Positions 36,363 through 45,963 of a DNA stretch of 64,000 nucleotides are shown here, piece after piece. Every line of letters begins with the position of its first letter. The first letter of the stretch is position 1. A program made the translations under genes and the position numbers. Source of the DNA: an uncultured Verrucomicrobiae bacterium (GTDB taxonomy: Bacteria; Verrucomicrobiota; Verrucomicrobiia; Chthoniobacterales; UBA10450). The stretch spans positions 32,001 to 96,000 of the forward strand of contig CAVWPA010000002.1 in NCBI GenBank assembly GCA_963756875.1. Direction: 5' to 3'. Under the pieces are notes generated by a model. That model was given only the letters and a program-made list of their open reading frames with translations. It was not told the origin of the DNA and made no database searches.

Positions 36363-37991
36363 ATGTCTTTTTCCGATAACTGCTGGACCCGACGTGATTT
36401 CGTGAAGCTCGTTGGCCAGGTCGCCCTGGTTGGGGCGGCTCCCGCTTTGGCAGACGCAGTTGCGGCGCTCGATTCCGATATTGTCCAAATTTCGGTTCTG
36501 CACACGACCGATTTACACGGCCATATTCTGCCGACCTTCGATTATCGCGGAAATCCCGATGTTGGGGGCTTGGCGCGCTGCGTTACCCAGATCCACCGGT
36601 GGCGGCGGCAGAATAGGAACTCCATCCTGATCGATGTGGGGGATGTTTATCAGGGCACCGATGTGGGCTTGCGCAGCAAGGGCGAGTTGATGATCGGCTT
36701 GTTCAATCACCTGAAATACGACGCATGGATCCTCGGAAATCACGAGTTTGACTGGGGGATTGAGCCGTTTCAGCAGGCGCTGGCAAGATCGGCAATGCCT
36801 GTTCTGGCGGCGAACACGGTGCTGGATGGAAAGCCATCCGGCGAATTTTCCGATACGAAGCATCCGTTCGCAAAAATTCAGCCGTTCGTCATGAAAGAAA
36901 TCGCGGGTATCAAGATCGCAATCATCGGGGTGACGACGCCGGGAATGAGTTTCTGGCTCCGTCCGGAATTTACGGCTGGAATCGGCTTCGAGGATCCGGT
37001 TGAACCGGTGCGGCGGGCCATGGCAAAAGCCAGGGGCGAAGGAGCAAATGCAATTGTGCTTGCCGGTCACATGGGGTTGAAAATGCGCACCGGCGGCGAC
37101 GATTTTGCCAACAGCGTCATGGCGTTGACCTCGGAGTTTCGGGATGCCGCCGTGTTTATCGCGGGCCACACACACCAGCCGGTTCAGAGTCGTCCGACGA
37201 ATGGCGTGCTGCTCACACAGGCAGATCATTTCGGAATTTACGCCGGTCGCGTCGATCTTTTCTTCGATCGTAATTCAAAAAAACTGCTGGATCGGCGGGC
37301 GCATTGCGAGTTGATGGATCGCCGTGTCCGTCTTAATCACGTGGTTCTTTCTCGCGCGAAAACCCAACTTGATGCATCTGTGGCCGCGCTGGCCGAGCCG
37401 ATTGGGGAACTGGCCGAAACATTGCACGTACACGCCCAACCGGGCCGGCCCAGCGATGTGGAGCTGTTGATAGGCGTCGCGATCGTGGAGTCGTTACGCG
37501 ATCGTGAAGTCGTTGTCGATGCCGTGTTCCACGGCCTGTTTGATAGCGAAAATAATTTCTCCGCCGGGCCGAAAACGGTGAGTGATATCTGGAATATTCT
37601 TCCGTACGAAAACTACCTGGTTACAGCCCAACTGACCGCGGACGAGATTAAGGTCGTGATGGAAGAAGCTTACGCGAGCCATGAACGCCGGAATTTAGTC
37701 GGGTTCGATATTCGAACAGTGGGACGCGGATATGAACGGCAAATTACGTCGATTACCTGGGCCGGCGGCCGCTCCCTGGACAGAGGCAAAAAGTACGTGA
37801 TTGCGTTCAATACGTTCGATTCGCGGAGCGGCGGTCATCGTTTCATGAAACTGCGTACGCTGCTTGAGACACCGGGCGCCAGTTGCACGCTGCATCCTGT
37901 GCAGACGCGGGACGCGCTGATCGATTATTTTCGGCGCCACGGGATTGTGCATAAGGTTGCGGCTTCGAAAGAGTTAGCCGCAGCGGCGTAA
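36363..37991 (+). CDS. Tat-exported bifunctional metallophosphatase/5'-nucleotidase
   Basis: 'TRRDFVK' Tat motif; 'TTDLHG', 'DVGD', 'GNHEFD', 'GHTH'; C-terminal 'LPYEN'. Confidence 0.9.
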   Translation: MSFSDNCWTRRDFVKLVGQVALVGAAPALADAVAALDSDIVQISVLHTTDLHGHILPTFDYRGNPDVGGLARCVTQIHRWRRQNRNSILIDVGDVYQGTDVGLRSKGELMIGLFNHLKYDAWILGNHEFDWGIEPFQQALARSAMPVLAANTVLDGKPSGEFSDTKHPFAKIQPFVMKEIAGIKIAIIGVTTPGMSFWLRPEFTAGIGFEDPVEPVRRAMAKARGEGANAIVLAGHMGLKMRTGGDDFANSVMALTSEFRDAAVFIAGHTHQPVQSRPTNGVLLTQADHFGIYAGRVDLFFDRNSKKLLDRRAHCELMDRRVRLNHVVLSRAKTQLDASVAALAEPIGELAETLHVHAQPGRPSDVELLIGVAIVESLRDREVVVDAVFHGLFDSENNFSAGPKTVSDIWNILPYENYLVTAQLTADEIKVVMEEAYASHERRNLVGFDIRTVGRGYERQITSITWAGGRSLDRGKKYVIAFNTFDSRSGGHRFMKLRTLLETPGASCTLHPVQTRDALIDYFRRHGIVHKVAASKELAAAA

Positions 37992-38017
37992 AATTTTTCC
38001 CGAATTTCGCTTGAGAT

Positions 38018-38209
38018 ATGAATGGAAATCCCACGAGCACAAAGGTGACCCGCGAAGATCCGACGGGCTACGGCTTTGCCGACGCGCTCCAAAAAGCCGC
38101 GCAACACGTGAAATATATTCCCGCTTATGGTAATGGCCACCCGGTTGCCTGTACCTTTTACGATCCGGAATACATTATATCAGGAAAATTCTTTGCCTAT
38201 AAGCGTTAG
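38018..38209 (+). pseudogene. Orphan C-terminal fragment of a TonB-C-like protein, paralogous to the downstream gene
   Basis: 'NGNPTSTKVTREDPTGYGFADA...KYIPAYGNGHPVAC' aligns with downstream 'NGNLEDIKVVREEPPMVGFGKA...KFIPAFRNGQPVAC'. Confidence 0.6.
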
Positions 38210-38296
38210 CAGATGCTCCCGCCTGGTGCCGGCCGTAGCGGCATCACTTCCAGATTCCGCTTGAAAAAGTGGCTGGCCTCGCTTGCGTATCGGCCC

Positions 38297-39067
38297 ATGC
38301 GCGCGTCGACGTTTCTGGTCGCTATTTTGTTGTCGATAGTTAATCTGGCCTGGTCGCAGACAACGACTGTGCCTGCAGAAAAATCGGACAAGTTGCCGAT
38401 GTACCGGCCGATTCTGATGGGAACAGGACCGGACGCGTTGATCAATCGCATCGACACGCACGATTTGATCGCCAAGGGCCAAAAGGATGGCTTGGTCATG
38501 TTTACCTGTTTCGTGGACAAGGCAGGTCAGGTAACAACGAGCGGAATTTATCACGGCTCTAACGCGTCGAGTGTGCAAATTCTCGAGGCAGAACTGGAGA
38601 AACGCCTTTCGCCTGCGGCGAATCCCGCGTTTATTCCTGCCGTTTATGATCACGTTCCGGTAAGCGCGATTTACTTCGGGACGCTTACCTTTGCCGTCGT
38701 AGACGGGAAACCGCGACTACGCATTTTCTCCAATCAGCAGCCCGAGGAGGTAAGCAAGGAAACCGATTTCATTGGGCCGCAGCCGATCTTTGGCGGACCA
38801 TCCAAATTTACAGGACTGCATTATCCATTCAACGTGGGTGAGGCAATCGAAACGAACGGTTTTGTTGAGCTGGAGATGAAAATCGATGTAAACGGCAACC
38901 TTGAGGACATAAAAGTTGTCCGGGAAGAGCCCCCCATGGTCGGCTTCGGCAAAGCCGCAATTGGCGATTTTACGGGGGCGAAGTTTATCCCCGCGTTCCG
39001 CAATGGCCAGCCGGTGGCGTGCGATGTAAAGCTGCCATTCTATTATAACAAACGAAGCGTTTTTTAA
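38297..39067 (+). CDS. Exported protein with TonB C-terminal-like domain(s)
   Basis: Signal peptide; two segments of the form 'G.V..(C/M).(V/I)D..G....FIPA....PV'. Confidence 0.6.
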   Translation: MRASTFLVAILLSIVNLAWSQTTTVPAEKSDKLPMYRPILMGTGPDALINRIDTHDLIAKGQKDGLVMFTCFVDKAGQVTTSGIYHGSNASSVQILEAELEKRLSPAANPAFIPAVYDHVPVSAIYFGTLTFAVVDGKPRLRIFSNQQPEEVSKETDFIGPQPIFGGPSKFTGLHYPFNVGEAIETNGFVELEMKIDVNGNLEDIKVVREEPPMVGFGKAAIGDFTGAKFIPAFRNGQPVACDVKLPFYYNKRSVF

Positions 39068-39084
39068 CGGATCCCATTTATTGA

Positions 39085-39663
39085 TTGGCTTGTGCCGTGC
39101 TTCGGAGGTCGTTTTTTTACGCTGATCCACTCACGTGCGCCCGGAAATTAATCGGCGCCCGCCTGATTTGGAACAAATGTTCGGGAATCGTTGTGGAAAC
39201 CGAAGCCTATCTGGCACAGGGCGATGAGGCTTCTCACACATTTTCGCGGCCCAGTGCGCGCAGTTTCATCCAGCGCAACAAAGCCGGCGCGGTCTACATT
39301 TACTTTAGTTACGGTGCCCATTGGATGCTGAACGTGCTGGTGAAGGGCAAGGTGGACGGCTTTGTCTTGGTCCGCGCGCTCCAGCCCGTCTCTGGAATCG
39401 AGCTTATGAAAAAGCGACGTGGCCTCGATGACGAAAGGGCTCTTTGTTCCGGACCGGGGAAACTCACTCAGGCCCTCGCTATTACAGATCGGCATCACGA
39501 AATGGATTTATGCGCCGATCCGCGATACTGTTTCGTCCGCGACGCAAACGCCGCCGCCGATGTCGTAGCAGACGCCCGAATCGGCATCTCGCGCGCCGCG
39601 CATCATCCATGGCGCTTCACATTGCGCGGCAGCAGGTTCGTGAGCCGCCCGGCGAAGGTGTAG
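39085..39663 (+). CDS. DNA-3-methyladenine glycosylase (MPG/AAG family)
   Basis: 'IVETEAY', 'DEASH', 'YIYFSYGAH', 'VLVRALQP', 'GPGKLTQAL', 'RIGIS...PWRF'. Confidence 0.9.
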   Translation: MACAVLRRSFFYADPLTCARKLIGARLIWNKCSGIVVETEAYLAQGDEASHTFSRPSARSFIQRNKAGAVYIYFSYGAHWMLNVLVKGKVDGFVLVRALQPVSGIELMKKRRGLDDERALCSGPGKLTQALAITDRHHEMDLCADPRYCFVRDANAAADVVADARIGISRAAHHPWRFTLRGSRFVSRPAKV

Positions 39664-39694
39664 CGATCGCTCTATGGGTGGCGCGCTGCTTCTG

Positions 39695-39801
39695 TCCGGG
39701 GAGCACAGGCTGCCAGCCTGTCTTTTTCGGCAGCTTGCCGAAAAGGAGTTGTCGTCGGCAAGCTGCCGACGACTGCAGGCAAGCTGCCTGCGCTCCCCGG
39801 A
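39695..39801. repeat. GGAG-type REP doublet
   Basis: TCCGGGGAGCACAGGC ... GCCTGCGCTCCCCGGA. Confidence 0.85.
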
Positions 39802-39840
39802 AAATTGACTCGCACGCTCATTTACCGAAGGTTTGCGCCA

Positions 39841-40971
39841 ATGAACAAACAAAGAGTCCTCCTCGGCATGAGCGGTGGAGTGGATTCCAGCGTTGCCGGA
39901 TATTTGCTACGCGAGCAGGGCTACGACGTCATCGGTGTGACAATGAAAGTCTGGCCGCAGGATTGCATCTCGCGGGCGGAAGACAAGTGCTGTGGTCCGC
40001 AGGCCGTGGCCGATGCGCGGAGCGTCGCTCATTCGTTAGGCATTCCACATTATGTGGTTGATGAGGCCGACCAGTTCGAGCAAACTGTGATTGACTATTT
40101 TGCCAGCGAATACCAGGCCGGACGCACGCCAAATCCATGCGTGATGTGCAATGAGAAGCTGAAGTTTGGCAATCTCTGGGGCAAGGCGCAGGCGCTCGGC
40201 TGCGACTATATTGCGACAGGTCATTACGCGATCATCGAACAGGAGAGCGATCGCGCCGTGCTGCGCAAAGGTGTCGATCCGCGCAAGGACCAGTCGTATT
40301 TCCTGTTCAGCCTTCGTCAGCCGCAACTGCGGCGGGCGCTCACCCCGCTGGGGGCCATGTTGAAACCGGAAATTCGACGGATCGCTCATTCGTTAGGGCT
40401 GAAAGTGGCCGACAAGACAGACAGTCAGGAGATCTGTTTCGTGCCCGGCAACGATTACAGGGCATTCCTTCGCTCGCATCTGGGTGGAAATGAATTCCAT
40501 CGCGGCGAGATCTACGATGTTGAAGGAAACTTTATCGGCAAACATGAGGGGATCGAGTTTTTTACAATCGGGCAGCGCAAAGGTCTGCCCGGCGGCTCGC
40601 TCCGGCCACGGTATGTCGTGGATCTTGATCCGGAGACAAACCGCGTAATCGTGGGTGACGCCGATGATTTGATTGTGGATGAATTCGAGGTCGATCGCGT
40701 GAACTGGCATCCTGCAGCCGGGGTCGATGGCCCCGTTCCGTGGCAAACCCCCATCGAAGCCACTGTTAAAATCCGCTACAGTCACCCAGGCACAAACGCG
40801 ACGCTGACGCCTCTCGAGAATGGTCGTGCGCGCATTCGCCTGCGCGAACCGCAGCGGGCCGTTACGCCGGGGCAGGCGGCGGTTTTTTACGACGGCGATC
40901 GGGTGCTCGGCGGCGGTTGGATTTGCCGAACGGAGCCGGTCGGGCATCGGGGACATCTCATTCCGATCTGA
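39841..40971 (+). CDS. mnmA: tRNA 2-thiouridylase
   Basis: 'GMSGGVDSS', 'TPNPCVMCN', 'ATGHY', 'KDQSYFL', 'DSQEICF', 'TIGQRKGL', 'TPGQ'. Confidence 0.95.
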   Translation: MNKQRVLLGMSGGVDSSVAGYLLREQGYDVIGVTMKVWPQDCISRAEDKCCGPQAVADARSVAHSLGIPHYVVDEADQFEQTVIDYFASEYQAGRTPNPCVMCNEKLKFGNLWGKAQALGCDYIATGHYAIIEQESDRAVLRKGVDPRKDQSYFLFSLRQPQLRRALTPLGAMLKPEIRRIAHSLGLKVADKTDSQEICFVPGNDYRAFLRSHLGGNEFHRGEIYDVEGNFIGKHEGIEFFTIGQRKGLPGGSLRPRYVVDLDPETNRVIVGDADDLIVDEFEVDRVNWHPAAGVDGPVPWQTPIEATVKIRYSHPGTNATLTPLENGRARIRLREPQRAVTPGQAAVFYDGDRVLGGGWICRTEPVGHRGHLIPI

Positions 40972-40974
40972 GCG

Positions 40975-41304
40975 ATGGGAGACGACGCGCTGGTTGCATT
41001 TTGCACATTTCCCGACGCGGAGACCGCCCGCAAAATCGTAAGAGAGATTGTTGAGCTCCGGCTCGCGGCATGCGGGAACATTTTACCGCAAGTTCATTCG
41101 ATCTACTGGTGGCAGGAAAAGGTTGAATCCGGCGATGAATCGCTCGCTATCTTCAAACTGGCGGCAAGCCGATACGGGGACTTTGAAACAACACTGCGCG
41201 CGCTTCACCCCTACGAAGTGCCGGAAATCATTGCCTGCCGAATCGACAAAGCATTGCCCGACTACTTGCGATGGGTGATCGCAAGCTGCCGCTCAGAAAG
41301 TTGA
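40975..41304 (+). CDS. cutA: Divalent-cation tolerance protein CutA
   Basis: 'LAACGN', 'SIYWWQ', 'HPYEVPEII'. Confidence 0.9.
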   Translation: MGDDALVAFCTFPDAETARKIVREIVELRLAACGNILPQVHSIYWWQEKVESGDESLAIFKLAASRYGDFETTLRALHPYEVPEIIACRIDKALPDYLRWVIASCRSES

Positions 41305-41317
41305 CTGCTTAAAGCAG

Positions 41318-42745
41318 TCAAGCTTGAGCGGCAGCGCGGCGCCGTCGTCCGAGCACGAAAATGGTGACGCCGATCGCGTTCGCGACTGCGGTCACGCCTA
41401 TAATCTTGGCGCCGAAGATTAGCCGGCTGGGCACGTTGATGATCGGGTAGACCGTGAAAAAAATCGCGAGGAGGGAAACGCAGAACCCACAAATGGCTGC
41501 AAGCCGCAGCCACGGCCGCGCGCCGGATCGAATGGTTGCCGCGCCTGCGATGGGGATGGCGAAAAGAACGAGATAAACAATTCCGTAAAAAACATTCGCG
41601 GCGTTGTCGACCACCTGAAAGGCCTCCTGGATTCCGGCGCCGATCTGGCTGGCAATGGCGATGGTCAACGTTACGGCACCGACGAACAGGACCGAATTGA
41701 TCGGCGTTTTGTGTTGCGAATGTAAACGCGAGAACCAGTCGGGCAAAAGGTGGTCCCATCCGGCGACCATCGGCAACCGCGAACTGCCGGTGAGATGAAC
41801 GCTCGTGGCAGAGATGGTGCGCACGGTCATCATGATGATCCCAAATGATGCAATCGCGCCGGCGATCGGAAAGAAACGCAGCCCCAGTCGCAATGTCTGC
41901 GGCACCGGGCCGATGAGGTCGATCTGATTGTTTCCGACAAAAGCCAAAACCGAGCTGGTGCCGAGAATGAACATCAGCGCGATGATGGGAGAAGCGATCA
42001 TGACGGAACGGCCGATGTTGCGCGCGGGCGCATGCGCTTCGCCGGCGAGAATCGCGACGTACTCGAATCCACTGAGTGCGCCGACTCCCAGCTTGCTGAA
42101 GATGTTCAGGCAATAAAAGAGCGACACGGTTGGCGCGGCAATCTGGAGTGGGTGATATTCCTTCAGGTCCCCTCGCGCGAGACTAACGAACGGCAAAATA
42201 ATGAGCGCGCCATAGGCTAAAAACATGGCGAACGCGCCGATGTTGTGAAGCCATTTGCCTATCGACAAGCCGCGAATTGCCGTCCACGCAAGACCGGCCA
42301 CGAGCGCGCAGCTAATCAGCGAGACGCACCATTTGTTGTTCGGCATCCAGATCGCGCCCGGCCCGATCGCGTACGAGATATTCGTGGTTACAAACATTCC
42401 CCCCATCGCGATGACGGTGATCGAGAGCAACCAAAGATTCCACGCCACGATGAAGCCGGCGAAATCGTTGAAGCCTAGTTTCGCCCATTGGTATAGTCCG
42501 CCCTCCAGCGGCATCAGGCGGTTCAGATAGATGACCACGGCCGCCTGCGGGATGTAAAAGAGCAGAATCGCAAGCAGCCAGAAGAACAGATGTGACTCGC
42601 CCAGTTTGGCGGCGGTGCCGACCCAGCTGGAACCGACGACAAAGACGATCTGAGTAAAAACCAGGTCGCGCAGACCGAGCGGCTTCTTAAGAGCAACGCT
42701 ATGTTGCTCGATATCCCGCTCGGCGCGATCCAGGCCGCCGGTCAT
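41318..42745 (-). CDS. APC family amino acid permease
   Basis: ~12 TM segments; 'PLEGGLYQW', 'SGFE', 'SRLPM...LPDWFSRLH...TP'. Confidence 0.9.
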   Translation of the reverse strand: MTGGLDRAERDIEQHSVALKKPLGLRDLVFTQIVFVVGSSWVGTAAKLGESHLFFWLLAILLFYIPQAAVVIYLNRLMPLEGGLYQWAKLGFNDFAGFIVAWNLWLLSITVIAMGGMFVTTNISYAIGPGAIWMPNNKWCVSLISCALVAGLAWTAIRGLSIGKWLHNIGAFAMFLAYGALIILPFVSLARGDLKEYHPLQIAAPTVSLFYCLNIFSKLGVGALSGFEYVAILAGEAHAPARNIGRSVMIASPIIALMFILGTSSVLAFVGNNQIDLIGPVPQTLRLGLRFFPIAGAIASFGIIMMTVRTISATSVHLTGSSRLPMVAGWDHLLPDWFSRLHSQHKTPINSVLFVGAVTLTIAIASQIGAGIQEAFQVVDNAANVFYGIVYLVLFAIPIAGAATIRSGARPWLRLAAICGFCVSLLAIFFTVYPIINVPSRLIFGAKIIGVTAVANAIGVTIFVLGRRRRAAAQA

Positions 42746-42748
42746 GAG

Positions 42749-43300
42749 TTACACATGATTGACCCACGCAAAAAGCACGGTGCGAGGGCGCTGCAAACTC
42801 GAAGTGTCGTTGCTCTTTTTCGGTGGCGCCTCATGCCTGAATTCCGGATGACGAACACGGCCCCCCGCGTAAGCAATGTATCCCCCCACACCGACGACAA
42901 CGATGCCGAACAGAAGCACTGCGATCGCGAACAAGACTGCGGAGTTCGGCCATTTGATTGGCGCGAAGATCGCGGCTGCACTCAACAGGGCCAGCGCGTA
43001 GAAAAACCAGATTAAATGTTCGGCGCGTTCCTTGTGAGCGGACAACCAGGCGTCGCCCACGTTGTCGGCTCTTGAGTACATTACGTCGTATCCTTCTTCG
43101 CCGAATTTATACACCGGCAACGCCGAGGCGGCGCTGACCATCACAATCGCGAGCGCGACGATTTGTGCGGGCCGGCTGCGCAATGCAAGCGCGATGATCA
43201 GACCGAAGATTCCAACTCCCAGTCCGTAGATCGGCAGCGGATTGAGCAGCACATGGACATATTCCGGCTGCTGCAGGCTACGCAGGAAATGCCCGATCAT
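42749..43300 (-). CDS. Hypothetical 4-TM membrane protein (DUF2231-like)
   Basis: 'HVLLNPLPI', 'GE', 'HKERA', 'GGRVRHPE'. Confidence 0.65.
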   Translation of the reverse strand: MIGHFLRSLQQPEYVHVLLNPLPIYGLGVGIFGLIIALALRSRPAQIVALAIVMVSAASALPVYKFGEEGYDVMYSRADNVGDAWLSAHKERAEHLIWFFYALALLSAAAIFAPIKWPNSAVLFAIAVLLFGIVVVGVGGYIAYAGGRVRHPEFRHEAPPKKSNDTSSLQRPRTVLFAWVNHV

Positions 43301-43301
43301 T

Positions 43302-44033
43302 TCAGGTTTTGGAGTTCTGGTTTTTCTGCGCGGAGGCTTTCAGCTTCTTCATATCGGATTTTGGCTTATCCGTGGCCCCCTTTGCTTCCGAAACCGGAAC
43401 GTATTTTTTCCAGTCGGCGGTGGTGAAATGCCACCACTCGATATGCAGCCCGTAGAAGTTGTTTCTCCCCATCGCCGCTTGAAGAAGAGCGAGATGATTC
43501 CTTATCACCGGGTCCTTTCCCTGATAATGCAACATGGCCGCCGGGGTGAACGAGTCGAACCCGGTCGGCATGCTTAGCTCCCGCCCCGAACCATCGACCA
43601 GGGTCGCATCGACCGAAACTCCCCAGGAATGGGTCGAACCGAAGCCGTTCCCGGGATCGGCCACGTAACCGCCCTTATGCGCCAGTTGCCAAAGCAAAAC
43701 CTGGGCTTCTTTCGGCCGGTAGGCATCCCAAATTTTGAGACCGTAGTGATATTCGCGAAGAAAATGCTCAGCCCCCGCCAATTGTTGAGCGACACTCGGA
43801 AGAATCAACGCTTGCATTCCGGGCGGATAGAGCGGGCGACCGGTAACGTTGTTCGGCGTGGCGTAACGCAAGTCGATGACGATCGATGGATCGACGGTTT
43901 TAATATCCACCAAATCGGGATCGGCGACGAGGTTCTGGGTCCCGACCGAGAGAAGGAACGCGCCGAGCGCAAGCGCGAAAGCGCGACGCGAGTTCGACCT
44001 GCGCGCATTGAGAAATGGAGTCATCGTGGCCAT
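43302..44033 (-). CDS. M15 family D-Ala-D-Ala dipeptidase (VanX/DdpX-like), exported
   Basis: 'DLRYATPNN', 'WDAYRP', SxHxxGxxxD motif 'STHSWGVSVD', 'EWWHF'. Confidence 0.9.
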   Translation of the reverse strand: MATMTPFLNARRSNSRRAFALALGAFLLSVGTQNLVADPDLVDIKTVDPSIVIDLRYATPNNVTGRPLYPPGMQALILPSVAQQLAGAEHFLREYHYGLKIWDAYRPKEAQVLLWQLAHKGGYVADPGNGFGSTHSWGVSVDATLVDGSGRELSMPTGFDSFTPAAMLHYQGKDPVIRNHLALLQAAMGRNNFYGLHIEWWHFTTADWKKYVPVSEAKGATDKPKSDMKKLKASAQKNQNSKT

Positions 44034-44076
44034 CTTAATTCAACCGGGTGGCAATCAAGCCTGAAAGCTTTCGGGG

Positions 44077-45948
44077 TCAATCGCCCGCTACCGTGGCGGG
44101 AGTGTCAGTCTTAGCAATGCGCTGGAGTAAAAGTCGAGCAGTATCCTCGGGAACATTCATGTGCAGTTCGAGATTTTCGCCCTGTTTGGTAACCTCCGGC
44201 GCCTTTTCGTAGAGCAAGAGATCGGAATCCTGCAGATGCAATATCCGCTGCGGTTCGTCGTGCAACCGGCGGGCTAACGCAGCGGCAGCGGCCGGCGATT
44301 TCATTTTCAAAAGCAGTCTTGCTTTGACCGGGTTTTGGAGGCTTAAAGCCAGTCCCAAAAGTTGCGAGCCGTCGAGCAACTCGGAAGTGAAAATTGGGTG
44401 AAAAACGCGCGCCAGATCGGGCGGATCCCGCGAAATTAAACGGAGCGCACTTTCGCGGTCGAGCGCCTGGAAGCGATCGAAAAGCTGACCGGTAATTTTG
44501 AGATCGCTTTGCAATCCAAGACGGACGCGGACCAGCTCATCAACCTCGGTCGCGGTTCCGACGGCCAGTGTCGTGGGGCCGACGCGGGCCAGTGCCAGGT
44601 CCGGCCGTTCCCACACCGCTAATCCACTGATTGTTCGACGCTGAAACGCGTTATCATGATCGACTGAGCGAACGACATGGGAAACGTCGCCGCGCGCTTC
44701 GACCAGGAAAAATTCGCGCACGACCCCGATGTCGTTGGTCGTAACGGCGCGCGTTATCCGCACTGTGTCATGTGCCAGATTCAAAACCGGGACCCGCACG
44801 GCGCTGCCGAGGAGGCCGTTCCAGACTTTCTGCCAGACATCCGGTTGTTCTTTCCGCCAGCGTTTGGGCAAGTCGTCGCGCTCGAACTGGTCTGTATTAA
44901 TTGAGAGGATGACGTCGGTTTCCTGCGGTAACCACTCGCGTTTCGCCGGAGATTGAAAGACGAGTGGAAGAATAATCGCGAGCAGCACAAGCACGGAGAA
45001 AATAACGAAATAAAATTGCCGCAGCTCCTGTTTGTCGATCTTGCTGGAAAGAAGCGCAAGCTCCGTAGTGTGCTCGAGATGCCGATCCACCGTTGTTCGA
45101 CGGTGTTGCACGTGTTCGAGCAGATGCGGCGCGTTGGGCGGCGCGATCCCTTGCGATGCGAGATGACGTCCAATGTTCAGGTAAGCCGGATTCTTGCGTT
45201 CTTCCACGACCTGATGATGGGCGCGTGACTCGCGAATCGCTTCCTGCTGGACGTGGATGTTATCGGTCAAACCACGATCGCGCGCTTCAAATTCTGTCCG
45301 GGTGCGTTCGATGTTCTTCTCGATGGCGGCGAGTTCTTCCTCGGCTGCGGCCAGTTTCTCCTTCGCCATCCGGGTGGCGTCGGCGCTTCCCATTCGCGCA
45401 CGAACCAATTCGGCGCGTTCCTCCGGCAAACGGGCGCGTTGTGCGGCGATGCCAGCCGTCTTCGATTCCAGATCGCCGGGCGGCGGCGCCTGGGCCTGAA
45501 GCTCGGACAGTCGTTTCAACAGATCGCGATCGGCGGTGTCGTTGTGACGGATCCGTTCTTCCACGGCGGCGAGTTCACGTTCGCAAAGTTCCGCCGCGCT
45601 CCTGGCATCGTTGCGACGCTGCAAAACCGGCTTTTTCTCGGCTTCCAACCTGGCGAGAGCTTCGTTTTGCTCCTGTCTGTTCTTCTCGCGTTGCTCTTCG
45701 ATTTTTTTGATTCCGTCCTCGATTTGCGCGATACGGAGCGCCACTTCTTTTTGCTCCTGCTCGAGTTTTTTAAGCGCGACAATCTCGTTGCGCAGCTCGG
45801 GAAAATTGGCGGCCTGGGAAGTGCCTTCGCGGCCGAGATTGATTTCACTCTTTTGCAGCAATCGCTTTTCATGCCGCAAAGCCATGCGAGTCCTTTGACG
45901 CCGGACCTTGAGTCCGATCTCCTGCAGCCCTGTGCGGATGAAGCTCAC
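44077..45948 (-). CDS. Hypothetical coiled-coil membrane protein
   Basis: 623-aa ORF: ~300 aa heptad-rich N-terminus, one TM ('FYFVIFSVLVLLAIILPLVF'), globular C-terminal half. Confidence 0.75.
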   Translation of the reverse strand: MSFIRTGLQEIGLKVRRQRTRMALRHEKRLLQKSEINLGREGTSQAANFPELRNEIVALKKLEQEQKEVALRIAQIEDGIKKIEEQREKNRQEQNEALARLEAEKKPVLQRRNDARSAAELCERELAAVEERIRHNDTADRDLLKRLSELQAQAPPPGDLESKTAGIAAQRARLPEERAELVRARMGSADATRMAKEKLAAAEEELAAIEKNIERTRTEFEARDRGLTDNIHVQQEAIRESRAHHQVVEERKNPAYLNIGRHLASQGIAPPNAPHLLEHVQHRRTTVDRHLEHTTELALLSSKIDKQELRQFYFVIFSVLVLLAIILPLVFQSPAKREWLPQETDVILSINTDQFERDDLPKRWRKEQPDVWQKVWNGLLGSAVRVPVLNLAHDTVRITRAVTTNDIGVVREFFLVEARGDVSHVVRSVDHDNAFQRRTISGLAVWERPDLALARVGPTTLAVGTATEVDELVRVRLGLQSDLKITGQLFDRFQALDRESALRLISRDPPDLARVFHPIFTSELLDGSQLLGLALSLQNPVKARLLLKMKSPAAAAALARRLHDEPQRILHLQDSDLLLYEKAPEVTKQGENLELHMNVPEDTARLLLQRIAKTDTPATVAGD

Positions 45949-45963
45949 AGAATTAGTGGGAGC

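Noticed and set aside
43302..44033. Vancomycin-resistance locus
   Set aside because: A lone M15 dipeptidase with a signal peptide; no vanH, vanA or vanRS nearby.
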